DNA from: a bacterium
GTDB taxonomy: Bacteria > Patescibacteriota > Saccharimonadia > UBA4664
Direction: 5' to 3'
Assembly: GCA_016699105.1 (NCBI GenBank)
Contig: CP064960.1
Span: 520,727-584,726, forward strand
Length of the DNA stretch: 64,000 bases
The notes under the pieces are model-generated. The model had not been told where the DNA came from and did not search any database. It saw nothing but the letters and a program-made list of their open reading frames with translations. The translations under genes and the position numbers were made by a program. Position 1 is the first letter of the stretch, and each line of letters opens with the position of its first letter. Positions 33,631 through 44,292 of this stretch are shown piece by piece.

Positions 33631-35801
33631 GTACATTGCGTATACAATACAATACAGATCGGTTTTCAGAATCCCAAAACGAAGTCATTAATAGGGCTTT
33701 TGAATTTGGCCAGCAAGCACATAGTGAGCAGCGTCGAGCGAGCGGTGAACCTTTTTTTATGCATCCAGTAGCTGTGGCCGAAATTGTGGCGGGCTGGGGT
33801 CTCGATCATGAAGCTGTGGCCGCTGCTTTATTACACGATGTCGTCGAAGATACAACGGTAACGGCAGCCGAACTGGAACAAAAATTTGGTGCGGTCATAG
33901 CTGAGCTTGTTGATGGGGTGACAAAACTACGATTGTCAGCCCATCCGCGCTTGTCAGACGATTCAAGGCCGGCCAGTAGTGAAAATTTGCGAAAATTGTT
34001 ACTGGCGAGTACGAAAGATGCGCGGGTGTTGCTCTTGAAATTGGCGGATCGCCTCCACAATTTGCGGACACTTGAACATCTACCGGTGACGAAACAACGA
34101 CTCATAGCTCGTGAAAGTTTGGAAGTATTTGCACCAATCGCTGATAGATTGGGTATGGGTTTAGTGAAGGGGGAAATGGAGGATCTGGGTTTTCGATTTG
34201 CTATGCCAGAAGAGTATGCGGATCTGGTGCGTCGCCTGAAATTGCCGACCAGGCAAGCTCAAGCTGAGCTAGAGACTCTGAAACGGTCGATTCAACAGCT
34301 CCTGGAGCAATCTGGTATTGAGGTTTTACAAATTGAAGGCCGCCGTAAACATGCCTGGAGCATAAACAAAAAACTAGCCAAAGTGGAAGGCGATATCGAT
34401 AAAATTTATGATCTGGTAGCTATGAGAGTAATAGTGCCAACAGTCGCCGATTGTTATCAGACACTGGGGGTATTACATCAAAACTACAAACCCTTGATAA
34501 ATAGAATCAAAGATTATATTGCCGTGCCAAAGCCGAATGGGTATCAAAGTTTACACACGACGGTATTTGGCTTGAAGGGACGGATTACTGAAATTCAGAT
34601 TCGGACTCCTCAGATGCACGCTGAGGCGGAACATGGTTTGGCGGCACATTTCTTTTACGACCAACAAAAAAACAGCAAAGCTTATGCGCGCCGGTCAGAA
34701 GTGACGCCGACTATGCCACCTAAGTCTGGATGGGTGCGGCAGCTGGGTGTGCTGGCGCAAGAAGCTGGTAGTTTGCAAGAATTTGCTCAAGGGGCAAAAT
34801 TGGAACTTTTTGCCGACCAAATTTATATCTTTTCTCCCAAAGGTGATTTGTACGAATTGCCAGATGGTTCGACACCGTTAGATTTTGCTTTTGCTGTCCA
34901 CTCTGGTGTCGGTTTGCGGGCGTTGGGAGCTCGGGTAAATGGCAAAATGGTAGGGCTCGATTCACTACTTGAAAATCGTGATGTGGTGGAGATTGTGACA
35001 CGCAAAGAGCCTGCGCCAAACCGAGATTGGTTAAATTTTGTCGTCACGAGCAATGCTCGCAATCGCATAAAAGCTTGGTATCGGGCTGCGAGCCGAGAGA
35101 CAAATATTGTCACGGGTAAACAGACACTTGAGCAAGCCTTAACAGTTTGGGATATCAAGAAGATTGACCAATTGCCAAAACGGGTAGTAGCTGAGACGTT
35201 GGATACACTTCATCTCAAAGATCTTGATGAGCTGTACGTTCAGGTGGCGGAAGGTAGTTTATCGGCTAGCCAAGTAATAAAAAAACTTATACCTGACGCC
35301 GCCCGCCCAGCCAATGCTCCGATTGTGAAACGACACGAACCAACCGGTCGAGTACAGGTGGCGGGTGACGAAATATCATATACGTTGGCGCCCTGCTGTC
35401 ATCCAGTGTATCCTCAACCGCTGGTTGGCTATATCACTCGAGGTAAAGGTGTTACCGTGCATGTCCTCGGCTGTCGTAATGTACCCAATGATGTGGAACG
35501 TCTCGTGGCGTGTCAGTGGGAGACGAGTGGTCACGCGGCTGAGCAGTTGGTTGTGTGGTTGCAGCTTCGAGCGGCTAACCGGGTCGGATTGATAGCCGAC
35601 ATCACCGGCATTATTGCCCGCCGGCATCTTAATATGATTGCAATTAGTAGTGATGGTGTCACAAATCTGGAGAAGAAGATTGAATCGATGATTGAACTGG
35701 GGGTTGAACTACCAGATATGTTTGTACTGGCTGGTCTGATGCGGCGATTGGCTCGTGTCCCCGGAATGGTAGCGGTTGAGCGGACAAAGTCCGGCAATTG
35801 A
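33627..35801 (+). CDS. relA: bifunctional (p)ppGpp synthetase/hydrolase RelA/SpoT
   Basis: HD domain (AALLHDVVEDT), synthetase domain (RVIVPTVADCYQTLGVLH), TGS and ACT domains. The likely TTG start at 33627 has an AGGAGA RBS 7 nt upstream and overlaps the recJ stop (TTGA). The ORF track extends it to 33579. Confidence 0.9.
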   Translation: MSTLRIQYNTDRFSESQNEVINRAFEFGQQAHSEQRRASGEPFFMHPVAVAEIVAGWGLDHEAVAAALLHDVVEDTTVTAAELEQKFGAVIAELVDGVTKLRLSAHPRLSDDSRPASSENLRKLLLASTKDARVLLLKLADRLHNLRTLEHLPVTKQRLIARESLEVFAPIADRLGMGLVKGEMEDLGFRFAMPEEYADLVRRLKLPTRQAQAELETLKRSIQQLLEQSGIEVLQIEGRRKHAWSINKKLAKVEGDIDKIYDLVAMRVIVPTVADCYQTLGVLHQNYKPLINRIKDYIAVPKPNGYQSLHTTVFGLKGRITEIQIRTPQMHAEAEHGLAAHFFYDQQKNSKAYARRSEVTPTMPPKSGWVRQLGVLAQEAGSLQEFAQGAKLELFADQIYIFSPKGDLYELPDGSTPLDFAFAVHSGVGLRALGARVNGKMVGLDSLLENRDVVEIVTRKEPAPNRDWLNFVVTSNARNRIKAWYRAASRETNIVTGKQTLEQALTVWDIKKIDQLPKRVVAETLDTLHLKDLDELYVQVAEGSLSASQVIKKLIPDAARPANAPIVKRHEPTGRVQVAGDEISYTLAPCCHPVYPQPLVGYITRGKGVTVHVLGCRNVPNDVERLVACQWETSGHAAEQLVVWLQLRAANRVGLIADITGIIARRHLNMIAISSDGVTNLEKKIESMIELGVELPDMFVLAGLMRRLARVPGMVAVERTKSGN

Positions 35802-35860
35802 TCATGGTGGTATGCATGTGGTACGCTTGGCACCGTAATCAAGCAAGATAGGAACACAAC

Positions 35861-37138
35861 GTGGCGAAGGCTCAGATACAATCGGTTCGTGGTATGTATG
35901 ACATCCTCCCAGAGCGGCGGAGACTTTTTGACCATGTGATGAACGTATTTAGCCAAGCGGCTGACGATGCCGGATATGGTCGGGTTGAAACACCATTACT
36001 TGAAGATGAAGCATTGTTTATCCGATCGGTAGGTGAGGGTACCGACGTAGTCGACAAAGAGCTCTATAGTTTTGAAGACCGGGGCGGTAAACGATTAGCA
36101 CTGCGTCCTGAAGGTACAGCCGGTGTGGTACGGGCGTACCTTGAACATGGTATGGCATCGTGGCCGCAACCGGTCAAATTGTATTATTTGGAAGAAATGT
36201 TTCGCTACGACAGGCCCCAAGAGGGTCGGTATCGGCAACACAAGCAGATGGGTGCTGAAGTTATTGGGGATGCACATGCTAGTACCGATGCCCAATTGAT
36301 CGTGTTGCTCGGACGGGTGTTGAAACGTTTACGCCTGCCCGGGATTAGCTTGCAACTCAATACGATTGGAGACAATGCCTGTCGTCCAGCGTATCGCAAG
36401 GTATTGGTAGAGTATCTCCATGCCCACGAACAGGAACTCGCTGCAATTGATAGAGAACGGGTTGCCAAAAACCCATTGCGAGTGCTCGACTCAAAAGAAG
36501 CGAAAACCCGAGCAGTTTTGGAAGACGCACCTCAGACTTTGAACCATTTATGCGAAGACTGTCAGGCTCATTTTGCTGGAGTATTAGAGTATTTGGATGA
36601 CTTAGGTGTTAGTTATGAATTAAATCCGTTATTAGTACGAGGATTGGATTATTATACTCGGACGGTGTTTGAATTCTATGGTGAGCGTGAAGGGTCACAA
36701 AGTTCATTAGGTGGTGGTGGCCGGTACGATCTCTTGATTGAGCAATTGGGCGGGTCAGCAACGCCGGCTGTTGGTTTTGCATCGGGTATTGATCGAGTGC
36801 TTTTGGAAATGGAGAGTGCGGCAGTTGTGCCGGAACTAGCCAAGGTCAAAGGGGTGTATGTCGCTTCATTGGGCGAACCAGCGCGTTTGGCTGCATTTCG
36901 ATTGACGCAAGGATTACTTGATGCTGGCGTCCGCGCTAGTGGCATGGTTGATAAGGATAGTATTGGAGCTCAACTGGCTAGGGCAGATCGCCTGGGTGTG
37001 CCTTATGCCGTTATTATTGGTCAACGTGAAGTACGTGATGAAACTGTTATCTTGCGAGATATGGCCTCAGGTGCGCAGGAGATTGTCCCCATAAAGTCGA
37101 TTATCGCTGAACTTCGTCTAAGGTTTGGTATTACTTAG
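35861..37138 (+). CDS. hisS: histidyl-tRNA synthetase
   Basis: Class II motifs: RGMYDILP, FRYDRPQEGRYRQHKQMGAEVIG and GGGRYD. Confidence 0.95.
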   Translation: MAKAQIQSVRGMYDILPERRRLFDHVMNVFSQAADDAGYGRVETPLLEDEALFIRSVGEGTDVVDKELYSFEDRGGKRLALRPEGTAGVVRAYLEHGMASWPQPVKLYYLEEMFRYDRPQEGRYRQHKQMGAEVIGDAHASTDAQLIVLLGRVLKRLRLPGISLQLNTIGDNACRPAYRKVLVEYLHAHEQELAAIDRERVAKNPLRVLDSKEAKTRAVLEDAPQTLNHLCEDCQAHFAGVLEYLDDLGVSYELNPLLVRGLDYYTRTVFEFYGEREGSQSSLGGGGRYDLLIEQLGGSATPAVGFASGIDRVLLEMESAAVVPELAKVKGVYVASLGEPARLAAFRLTQGLLDAGVRASGMVDKDSIGAQLARADRLGVPYAVIIGQREVRDETVILRDMASGAQEIVPIKSIIAELRLRFGIT

Positions 37139-37866
37139 TTTTTAGGAATAAGTGGTGCTACCTTGAGACCCAAAATAATCGCCAATATAACTGCAAATCC
37201 ACACATTATGGAGGGGATTCCGGCGCGTGACTGGGGTAATAGATGATAAATAATTAGTGTTGGTAAGATAAAGCCTGCATAGCCTAAAGCAAGCCATTTT
37301 AATGGACGACGGCGAGATGGCAGAGCAAAACTTGCACTGACTGTTGAAAGTATGATTCCCAGCAGAACAGCACCTGAGTAGTAATTGACCCACATTGTTC
37401 TAAATGGTTCAGAAAGCTTAAAGATTGTGTAGTTGCCCGTACATACAGCTTGGTTGAGGGTAGAAGGTACGAATGCCAGAGTTGTAGCTAGTGCTATAGC
37501 GCCAGCATATGTGATCCAGACAAACAATTTGCCCTGATTTTGGTTGAGAGTACTGATGAGATGTAAGCCGAGAGCGGGGAGTAATGTGATTAAGACATAG
37601 CCAAGTCGTGACCAGATCAATGTTCCTTCGGCACCGGTACATACACCGTACTCAGCTATTTGGAATCCGGCCAAGCCAATGAGGATTGCCAGGATGATGC
37701 GTCGCGGCTGATTAAGACTATATCGAGTTAGTACCCAACCTGCCATACCTATTTCGATGAGTATTGTAGCGATCATTACTGGCGGAGAAAAGCAGTACAT
37801 AGTGTTTTGTCTTGGTCGGAAATTCTTCATAGATGGATCATAATGGTTAAGGTTAGTGCTAGGCAA
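37135..37866 (-). CDS. polytopic integral membrane protein, hypothetical
   Basis: About 7 predicted TM segments and no recognisable family. The start may be an internal Met at 37800 or 37830. Confidence 0.55.
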   Translation of the reverse strand: MPSTNLNHYDPSMKNFRPRQNTMYCFSPPVMIATILIEIGMAGWVLTRYSLNQPRRIILAILIGLAGFQIAEYGVCTGAEGTLIWSRLGYVLITLLPALGLHLISTLNQNQGKLFVWITYAGAIALATTLAFVPSTLNQAVCTGNYTIFKLSEPFRTMWVNYYSGAVLLGIILSTVSASFALPSRRRPLKWLALGYAGFILPTLIIYHLLPQSRAGIPSIMCGFAVILAIILGLKVAPLIPKN

Positions 37867-37977
37867 TACAAATATCTAAGTTGTACAGATAGTCCAGATG
37901 TGATAAAGTGATGCTTGCAATGGTGGCCGGAATATGGCCGCCGTAAATATTTTGGTAGAAAGGAGGTGATTTCAATT

Positions 37978-38190
37978 ATGTTACAAGTTACACGCAAAGA
38001 TGATAAAGAGTCGCTCGAGAATCTGATCCGCCGTTTCAATAAGAAAGTGCAGCAGTCAGGTGTTTTAGGTGTTGCTCGTCGTGGAAAATATTTTGAGAAA
38101 CCTCTTACTAAGCGAGCTCAACGGGAAATTGCTATTCGCAAGTCAGCTCGTAAAGCAGCGAAATCAAAGCTCTACGCTGCTGGTCGCTAA
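37978..38190 (+). CDS. rpsU: 30S ribosomal protein S21
   Basis: MLQVTRKDDKESLENLIRRFNKKVQQSGVL...EKPLTKRAQREIAIRK matches S21. An RBS AAAGGAGGTG lies 7 nt upstream. The track ORF is extended to 37915. Confidence 0.85.
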   Translation: MLQVTRKDDKESLENLIRRFNKKVQQSGVLGVARRGKYFEKPLTKRAQREIAIRKSARKAAKSKLYAAGR

Positions 38191-38212
38191 ATAAGAGTAA
38201 TATGAGGGTGGT

Positions 38213-38668
38213 ATGACCTTTAGTGAGCGCTTAATTGAAGACATGAAAACTAGCATGAAAGCTAGTGATATTGGACGTACGGGAACGGTACGATTGCTTC
38301 GGGCGGCCATGAAAAATGAAGAGATTAAATCAGGGCATGTTTTATCAGATTCAGAAGCTATTGTGGTGTTTCGCCGTGAGGCTAAACAGCGTCGTGATTC
38401 GATTGCTGCATATAAATCTGCCGGTCGGGAAGATCTAGTTTCTCAAGAACAACTTGAGCTTGATATTATAAACTCGTACTTACCGGCAGCGTTGCCGGAA
38501 TCTGAGCTTGCAATTGTGGTGAAGAAAATCATTGATCAGACTGGAGCCACCGACATGACTCAAATGGGTCGTGTTGTAGCGGCAGTGAAGTCAGAAGTAG
38601 GAGACAAAGCTGAAGGTGGTGATATTGCGCGTTTGGTAAAGGAGCGATTGGTAGGTGATCAGGCATGA
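38213..38668 (+). CDS. yqeY: GatB/YqeY domain protein
   Basis: 151 aa and YqeY-like (RLLRAAMKNEEI...AYKSAGREDLVSQEQLELDIINSYLP). Confidence 0.8.
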   Translation: MTFSERLIEDMKTSMKASDIGRTGTVRLLRAAMKNEEIKSGHVLSDSEAIVVFRREAKQRRDSIAAYKSAGREDLVSQEQLELDIINSYLPAALPESELAIVVKKIIDQTGATDMTQMGRVVAAVKSEVGDKAEGGDIARLVKERLVGDQA

Positions 38669-39084
38669 CCAAATCGGCGCCAATCGACGATCATACCGTA
38701 AGAATCCATCCGCAAGCTCAAACTAATTACATTAGTAGTTTCGTGCATGCATTGCATGGAGTTCTGCATGTAATCAAACACGAGCGAAATGCGCGGATTC
38801 ACTTGGGTTTTGCTGTGGTCGCTTTTGGCTTGGGTGAACTACTCGGCGTTACAAATGCTGAGTTAGCAGCTGTATTTTTTGCAGTGGTCATTGTGTTTCT
38901 GGCGGAAATGTTTAATACGGCAATCGAGCGCACACTCGATCTGATAGATGTGCGCGAGAACCCCCAGATTAAATTAATCAAAGACATGTCAGCTGGAGCT
39001 GTCCTCATTGCGGCGGTAGCGGCTGTGATGGTAGGTATTGTTGTGTATCTGCCGGTAACCCTAAGGTGGTTATGGGCGAATTAA
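38665..39084 (+). CDS. dgkA: diacylglycerol/undecaprenol kinase
   Basis: Three TM segments and the EMFNTAIERTLDLID motif of the DAGK_prokar family. Confidence 0.8.
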   Translation: MTKSAPIDDHTVRIHPQAQTNYISSFVHALHGVLHVIKHERNARIHLGFAVVAFGLGELLGVTNAELAAVFFAVVIVFLAEMFNTAIERTLDLIDVRENPQIKLIKDMSAGAVLIAAVAAVMVGIVVYLPVTLRWLWAN

Positions 39085-39608
39085 TAATTTTAATGGGGCC
39101 AACTGGTTCTGGTAAGTCGACCCAAGGTGAACTACTGGCCCAAAAACTTCACGGAGTTCATTTATCGAGCGGTCACTTGTTACGAGAGCATCCCTCGACC
39201 AAGCATTTGATGGAGAGCGGCAAGCTGGTCGAAGCCGATTTGGTTGAACAGGTGGTAGGTGATGTGATTGACACTATTGCCCAGTCTCAGCCAATTGTAC
39301 TCGATGGCTTTCCCCGAACGCAGAGTAATGTGCATTGGATTGATACTGAATTGATCAAACACGGTCGGTCGTTACGCCAGGTTATCTTGCTGGAAGTTGA
39401 TAAAAAAGTAATTCTAGAACGCTTGCGACAAAGGCAGCGTTCGGATGATGATCCGGCTGCGGTTGAACGCAAATGGGTGGCTTACGATCGATGGACTACG
39501 CCCGTCGTCGAGCATTATAGAGACCTGGGCCACTTACGAGAAGTTGATGGTGCTGGAAGTCCCGATGAAGTTCAATCGAGAATCTGGGAGGTAGTTCAAG
39601 CCGCATGA
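39066..39608 (+). CDS. adk: adenylate kinase (short, lid-less form)
   Basis: P-loop ILMGPTGSGKSTQG and NMP-binding GFPRT. It is in the adk-map arrangement. Confidence 0.75.
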   Translation: MVMGELIILMGPTGSGKSTQGELLAQKLHGVHLSSGHLLREHPSTKHLMESGKLVEADLVEQVVGDVIDTIAQSQPIVLDGFPRTQSNVHWIDTELIKHGRSLRQVILLEVDKKVILERLRQRQRSDDDPAAVERKWVAYDRWTTPVVEHYRDLGHLREVDGAGSPDEVQSRIWEVVQAA

Positions 39609-40378
39609 GCAGCGTACGAAACCGTGTGAAAACTATGGCGGAGCAATCGTCTCTGCGCCAAAGTGGGGCAATTTTGGCGGCAGTACTGCGGCACGTATCT
39701 ACTCAGATGGGCTCCGGCCAAACCACAGCTGAACTTGACGCTCTGGCACGTAAGGAGCTGGCAGCGTTGGGCGGCACTTCGCCATTCCTGGGTTATGTGG
39801 TTGATGGTAGTCAACCATTTCCAGCGGCTTTGTGTGTATCGGTAAACGATGAAATAGTACACGGAATTCCCGGTGCACGTGAATTGGTGTTAGGAGATGT
39901 GGTCGGTCTCGATTTTGGCGTTACCTATGAAGGTATGATTACTGATGGCGCGATTACTGTTGTGGTGGGCGGACAGCCAAACTCAGCAGTAAGCCGGCTG
40001 CTGGCGGCTACTCAGGAAGCGTTGGCGGCCGGAGTCGCTCAGGTGAAGGCTGGTGCCAGGGTTGGTGATATTTCGGCAGCCATCGAACACCGACTCAAAC
40101 GCGACAAACTAGGAATTATACGCGAGCTCAGCGGCCACGGTGTGGGCGATGTTGTTCATGAAGAGCCGACGATTCTTAATTATGGCCGGGCGGGAACGGG
40201 AATGCGCCTCGAAGCCGGTATGTCTCTCGCGATAGAGCCAATGGCAAGTTTGGGAGACCGCCATATCCGCATAGCTGCCGACGGTTGGACTATTAAGACG
40301 TCCGATGGCTCGATAGCTGCTCAGTTTGAACACTCGGTGCTGGTGACGGCGACGGGTTGCGAGATACTGACTAAGTAA
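39605..40378 (+). CDS. map: methionine aminopeptidase type I
   Basis: Metal-ligand motifs VCVSVNDEIVHGIP, DVVGLDFG, HGVGDVVHEEP and LAIEPM. Confidence 0.9.
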   Translation: MSSVRNRVKTMAEQSSLRQSGAILAAVLRHVSTQMGSGQTTAELDALARKELAALGGTSPFLGYVVDGSQPFPAALCVSVNDEIVHGIPGARELVLGDVVGLDFGVTYEGMITDGAITVVVGGQPNSAVSRLLAATQEALAAGVAQVKAGARVGDISAAIEHRLKRDKLGIIRELSGHGVGDVVHEEPTILNYGRAGTGMRLEAGMSLAIEPMASLGDRHIRIAADGWTIKTSDGSIAAQFEHSVLVTATGCEILTK

Positions 40379-40389
40379 TGTTTATGACT

Positions 40390-40417
40390 TTGGCGCAACG
40401 TCGCAAGCGTGTATAAT
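40390..40417 (+). promoter_or_regulatory. possible promoter upstream of ftsA
   Basis: TTGGCG, a 16-nt spacer, then TATAAT (40412-40417). The -35 is weak. Confidence 0.3.
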
Positions 40418-40445
40418 GAACACCTAGAAGGAACAATCGATACCT

Positions 40446-41687
40446 GTGGCGAATAAAAAATAGCCGAAGAAATTTATATCGGACTCGATATTGGCAGTAC
40501 AAAAAGTATGCTGCATTGTGGGTCTTCATGAAGAAGGTGCGGTATTGCCAAGCGTCATCGGTGTAGGAGTGGCACCTACTACTGGTATGCGCAAAGGAAT
40601 AGTTGTTGATGTAGAAGAAACTGTTTCAGCTATCACAGCAGCGGTAGATGAAGCCGAGCGTATATCTGGTGTAGCTATTGATAGGGCCACAATTTCGGTA
40701 GACGGGGCACACGTTTCGAGTCAGAATTCCCGCGGTGTCATTGCCGTTGGCCGGGCTGATCAAGAGATAACTGTAGACGATGTATTGCGCGTTGAAGAAG
40801 CGGCGACTGCCATTCAAATGCAGCCGAACCGTGAGATTATTCAAGTATTTCCGCGATCATATGCAGTTGATGGGCAAATGAACGTGAAAGATCCAGTTGG
40901 TATGAACGGAGTGCGGCTTGAAGTAGAATCGCACATTATTACAGGATTACTGCCGGCTATTAAAAACCTCGATCGTTGTTTACATCAGGCGGGTATCGGT
41001 ATTCAGGGTCAAGTGCTGGTACCGTTGGCGGCTGGACGAGCAGTACTGACGAAACAACAGAAAGAATTGGGGGTGGCCATAGTTGATATTGGCGGTGGTA
41101 CCACTGGCGTGGCTGTATATGAAGAAGGTGATGTTCTGTATTCGGGAGTATTGCCGGTAGGTGCTAGCCATATCACCAACGACTTGGCAATTGGACTGAA
41201 GACTAGTGTGGACACTGCTGAGAAAATTAAACTCAAGTATGTCCGCGCGCATGTATCAAAAGCTAGCTTGCAAGAGAAAATCAGAATCGAAGAGTTAGGC
41301 GGAGAAGATGCTCTGGTGACGCGGGCTAGTCTCCAGAATATTGCTGGCGCGCGATTGGAAGAAATTTTTGGACTGGTGCGAGCCGAACTCAAAAAAGTCG
41401 GCAAAGATGTTATGTTGCCGGGCGGTGTGGTATTGACTGGAGGCGGAGCCAAAATGCCTGGTATTGAAGAAATGGCACGCGAAGCACTAGATTTGCCGGT
41501 TACTATCGGCAAGCCTGAAGGCTTTACTGGAATAGTCGACCGGGTGAATGATCCGGCGTTTGCCGCGCCCGTGGGCTTGATGCTCGAAAATATGACGTTT
41601 GCGAGTCGAGAACGAACGCCAGCAGCTGATTCAATTGGCCAAGCTGTCAACAAACTTAAGAAAACGTTGCGTAATTTTTTGCCATAA
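40446..41687 (+). CDS. ftsA: cell division protein FtsA, with N-terminal homopolymer frameshifts
   Basis: The actin-like fold N-terminus EIYIGLDIGSTK is in a different frame from the main ORF (40491-41687, VCCIVGLHEEG...). Restoring one A in the A6 run at 40457-40462 yields a GTG start (VANKKIAEEIYIGLDIGSTK). A second shift lies in the A5 run near 40500. Confidence 0.85.
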
Positions 41688-41916
41688 ATTAGTTGTACAA
41701 AAATAATAATCACGGCCACTTGGGACAGTTATCCACAGTGGTTTTTTTGTTCAGGCAAATATACGATAATTTGCTCGTTAAAATCACTGTTTTTATAAAG
41801 CCATGTATGTGACTTATTGAATAAATAATGTAATCATTACAACGATGAATGAGTCTGAATAAATAGTTTGCATGCCCTGCAGACGCCGTGTATAGTTTGG
41901 CGTGAAGGAGAGTTGC

Positions 41917-43347
41917 ATGGCGGAAATATTACCGGAAGTAGATACCTCAGCCCGCATCAAAGTGATAGGCGTCGGGGGTGGTGGTGGCTCGGCACTCAAT
42001 CGCATGATTGATGCCAAAATGCAGGGCGTAGAATTTGTGGTCGTCAACACGGACGCTCAAGCACTACTGCACTCTAAGGCTAAACACAAGATTCATATTG
42101 GTCGCGATACAACGCGAGGATTGGGCGCTGGTGCTGATCCCGAAGTTGGACGCCAGGCAGCTGAGGAAAGTGAAACAGAACTCAAAGAGGCAGTTAAAGG
42201 TGCCGATATGGTGTTCATTACTTTGGGTGAAGGCGGCGGCACTGGTACTGGAGCGGCGCCATTGGTGGCAGCGGCAGCCCATGAAGCTGGTGCGTTAGTT
42301 GTAGCGATCGTAACAAAGCCCTTTAGTTTTGAAGGTGAACGCCGTCGCCGGAGTGCTGAAGCTGGCATTGTGGAACTGCGTGATAATGTTGACACTCTCA
42401 TTACTATACCCAACGACAGATTGTTGCAGATGATTGATCGGAAAACATCTCTCGTCGATGCATTTGGCATTGTTGATGAAGTTCTCCAACGCGGTGTGTC
42501 TGGGATATCGAGTTTGATTACCATACATGGTTTGATCAATCTCGATTTTGCCGACGTCAAAGCGATCATGAGTAACGCCGGATCAGCATTGATGGGTATT
42601 GGTCGAGCTTCTGGTGACAACCGCGCGATAGAAGCGGCACGGCAGGCAATTGATTCCCCGTTGTTGGAAACCAGTGTCGAAGGTGCTCGGGGTGTGCTGT
42701 TCAATATAACCGGTGGTCGTACTATGACCATGCATGAGATTGATGAGGCGGCAAAAACCATTACCGATGCGGTTGATCCAGACGCAAACATTATTTTTGG
42801 AGCGGTGCTCGACGACAATATGGATGATGATATTTTGATTACCGTGGTGGCGACCGGTTTTGACGTTAGTCGCAAGCCGCGACCTCGTGATGTGCCGAGT
42901 GAGCGACAACCATTGGTCCGCACCCGGTCAATGGAAGACACTGCAGTTCCACCAACTACTCGGGAAGTACCAGTAGTCATGGCTGAGCCGGCTCCGGTAG
43001 CTGAACCCGAACCAGAACCATATGAGCCACCTGTCATGCCGGCAACGCGAAAGCCATTTATCGATGAACGACCACAGTTGACACCGGTGGCTGGTTCACC
43101 AACGGCTCCCCGCCGATTTGCACCCTGGGCTTCGATCGAACCTCAAGTTGAACCAGAAAGGCCTGTGGAAGCTCTGGCAGAACACAAACCTGACGAATTA
43201 GTTGAGACGGTGATAGAACCACGCTTCGAAGATCCGATTGAGCAACCGCGGTCTGAACGCAAGCCTGATCGTGATCCTGGATATAGCTTGCCGATGGACG
43301 ACGATGATTTGGACGTACCAGCATTTATTCGCCGAAAGATCGATTAG
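41917..43347 (+). CDS. ftsZ: cell division GTPase FtsZ
   Basis: Tubulin signature [17 protein letters not shown], with a long Pro/Glu-rich C-terminal tail ending [11 protein letters not shown]. Confidence 0.95.
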   Translation: MAEILPEVDTSARIKVIGVGGGGGSALNRMIDAKMQGVEFVVVNTDAQALLHSKAKHKIHIGRDTTRGLGAGADPEVGRQAAEESETELKEAVKGADMVFITLGEGGGTGTGAAPLVAAAAHEAGALVVAIVTKPFSFEGERRRRSAEAGIVELRDNVDTLITIPNDRLLQMIDRKTSLVDAFGIVDEVLQRGVSGISSLITIHGLINLDFADVKAIMSNAGSALMGIGRASGDNRAIEAARQAIDSPLLETSVEGARGVLFNITGGRTMTMHEIDEAAKTITDAVDPDANIIFGAVLDDNMDDDILITVVATGFDVSRKPRPRDVPSERQPLVRTRSMEDTAVPPTTREVPVVMAEPAPVAEPEPEPYEPPVMPATRKPFIDERPQLTPVAGSPTAPRRFAPWASIEPQVEPERPVEALAEHKPDELVETVIEPRFEDPIEQPRSERKPDRDPGYSLPMDDDDLDVPAFIRRKID

Positions 43348-43461
43348 CTCATATAATGGCCAACAATCAAGATTGGCGTCCTAGCGCTACACCGCTACTA
43401 TAGAATGACAAACCGGGTGACTAGAGGAGGGTGCTAGTGACCCGGTTTTGCTATACTATTA

Positions 43462-43737
43462 GTGAAGAACAATATGAACTGCACGATTTTATACAACCAA
43501 GCCACGGCCGATGAACGTTGGGCAGCCGATTTGGCGCGAGAACTTGATAAAGGTGGCGTGGTAGCCGAACTCCTTGACGCTGATAGTCCACGCGGTATTG
43601 ATATGGCCGAACATTATGACATCATGGGTCGGCCAGCAGTGTTGATAGCTAGTAATGACGGTACGCCCGTGGCGCTATGGCAGGGTCGTGATCAAGTGCC
43701 ACTTATTTCAGAAATTGCTCACGCCGCGCGGCAATAA
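43462..43737 (+). CDS. thioredoxin/glutaredoxin-fold-like hypothetical protein
   Basis: 91 aa. It sits in the position usually taken by SepF between ftsZ and yggT but lacks the SepF motif and any CxxC. Confidence 0.55.
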   Translation: MKNNMNCTILYNQATADERWAADLARELDKGGVVAELLDADSPRGIDMAEHYDIMGRPAVLIASNDGTPVALWQGRDQVPLISEIAHAARQ

Positions 43738-43752
43738 CCGAGAACATACTAT

Positions 43753-44022
43753 ATGGATCCTTTAGCCGCCAAACAACTTGCCCTCGTTTTTATCAACATT
43801 TTTGTTGATGTGTTTTATGTATTGTTACTGATTCGTCTGATTTTGAGTTGGTTTGCTAGTGGTACAAACAGTTTTTACGGTTGGCTCGTTGGAGTGACAG
43901 AGCCGGTGCTGGCTCCAATTCGGAAAATGGTACCGTCTGCCGGTGGCTTGGATTTGGCGCCACTTGTGGCATTTATATTGTTGCAATTACTGCAAGCAGT
44001 GGCACGATCGGTGCTTGAGTAA
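43753..44022 (+). CDS. yggT: YggT-family membrane protein (dcw cluster)
   Basis: 89 aa with two TM segments (VFINIFVDVFYVLLLIRLILSWF). Confidence 0.8.
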   Translation: MDPLAAKQLALVFINIFVDVFYVLLLIRLILSWFASGTNSFYGWLVGVTEPVLAPIRKMVPSAGGLDLAPLVAFILLQLLQAVARSVLE

Positions 44023-44039
44023 AATGAACCCTCGTGGTA

Positions 44040-44275
44040 GGGTAGGTGAGTGACAATCTAGTAAAACACACTGCCTATAAATTAGGCATGAGCGGTTATC
44101 ACCCGCGAAGTGGCAGGCAGAATAGCTTTCATCTTTTTATAAAGCTTAGTAGATCCTGACGATTATATACCTGGCGTTAACAGGAATGAAAACGAAGTGT
44201 CCATCTGGAAAGCAGGGTGGTACCGTCCGCTAAAAAAAGCGGATCCCTGCACAAATAATTCCGGATGGTTTTTTG
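44040..44275 (+). promoter_or_regulatory. T-box riboswitch leader (Ile specifier) upstream of ileS
   Basis: The T-box core AGGGTGGTACCG lies at 44213-44224. GCAGGG (44212) can pair with CCCTGC (44245) in an alternative helix. GTCCATCTGG (44199) pairs with CCGGATGG, followed by TTTTTT at 44266, forming a terminator. A candidate specifier GGTTATCACCCG carries AUC-A (Ile). Confidence 0.6.
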
Positions 44276-44292
44276 ATGAGAAGGAGATGGCA

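Noticed and set aside
42093-43037. 314-aa ORF antisense to ftsZ. Similar long antisense ORFs lie opposite infB (18856-19329), recJ, relA, hisS, ftsA (41009-41719) and the surface genes (60225-61040, 58896-59441)
   Set aside because: Their low-complexity Ala/Ser/Thr/Pro-rich translations are the mirror image of well-supported sense genes with clear domain signatures, so they are treated as spurious.
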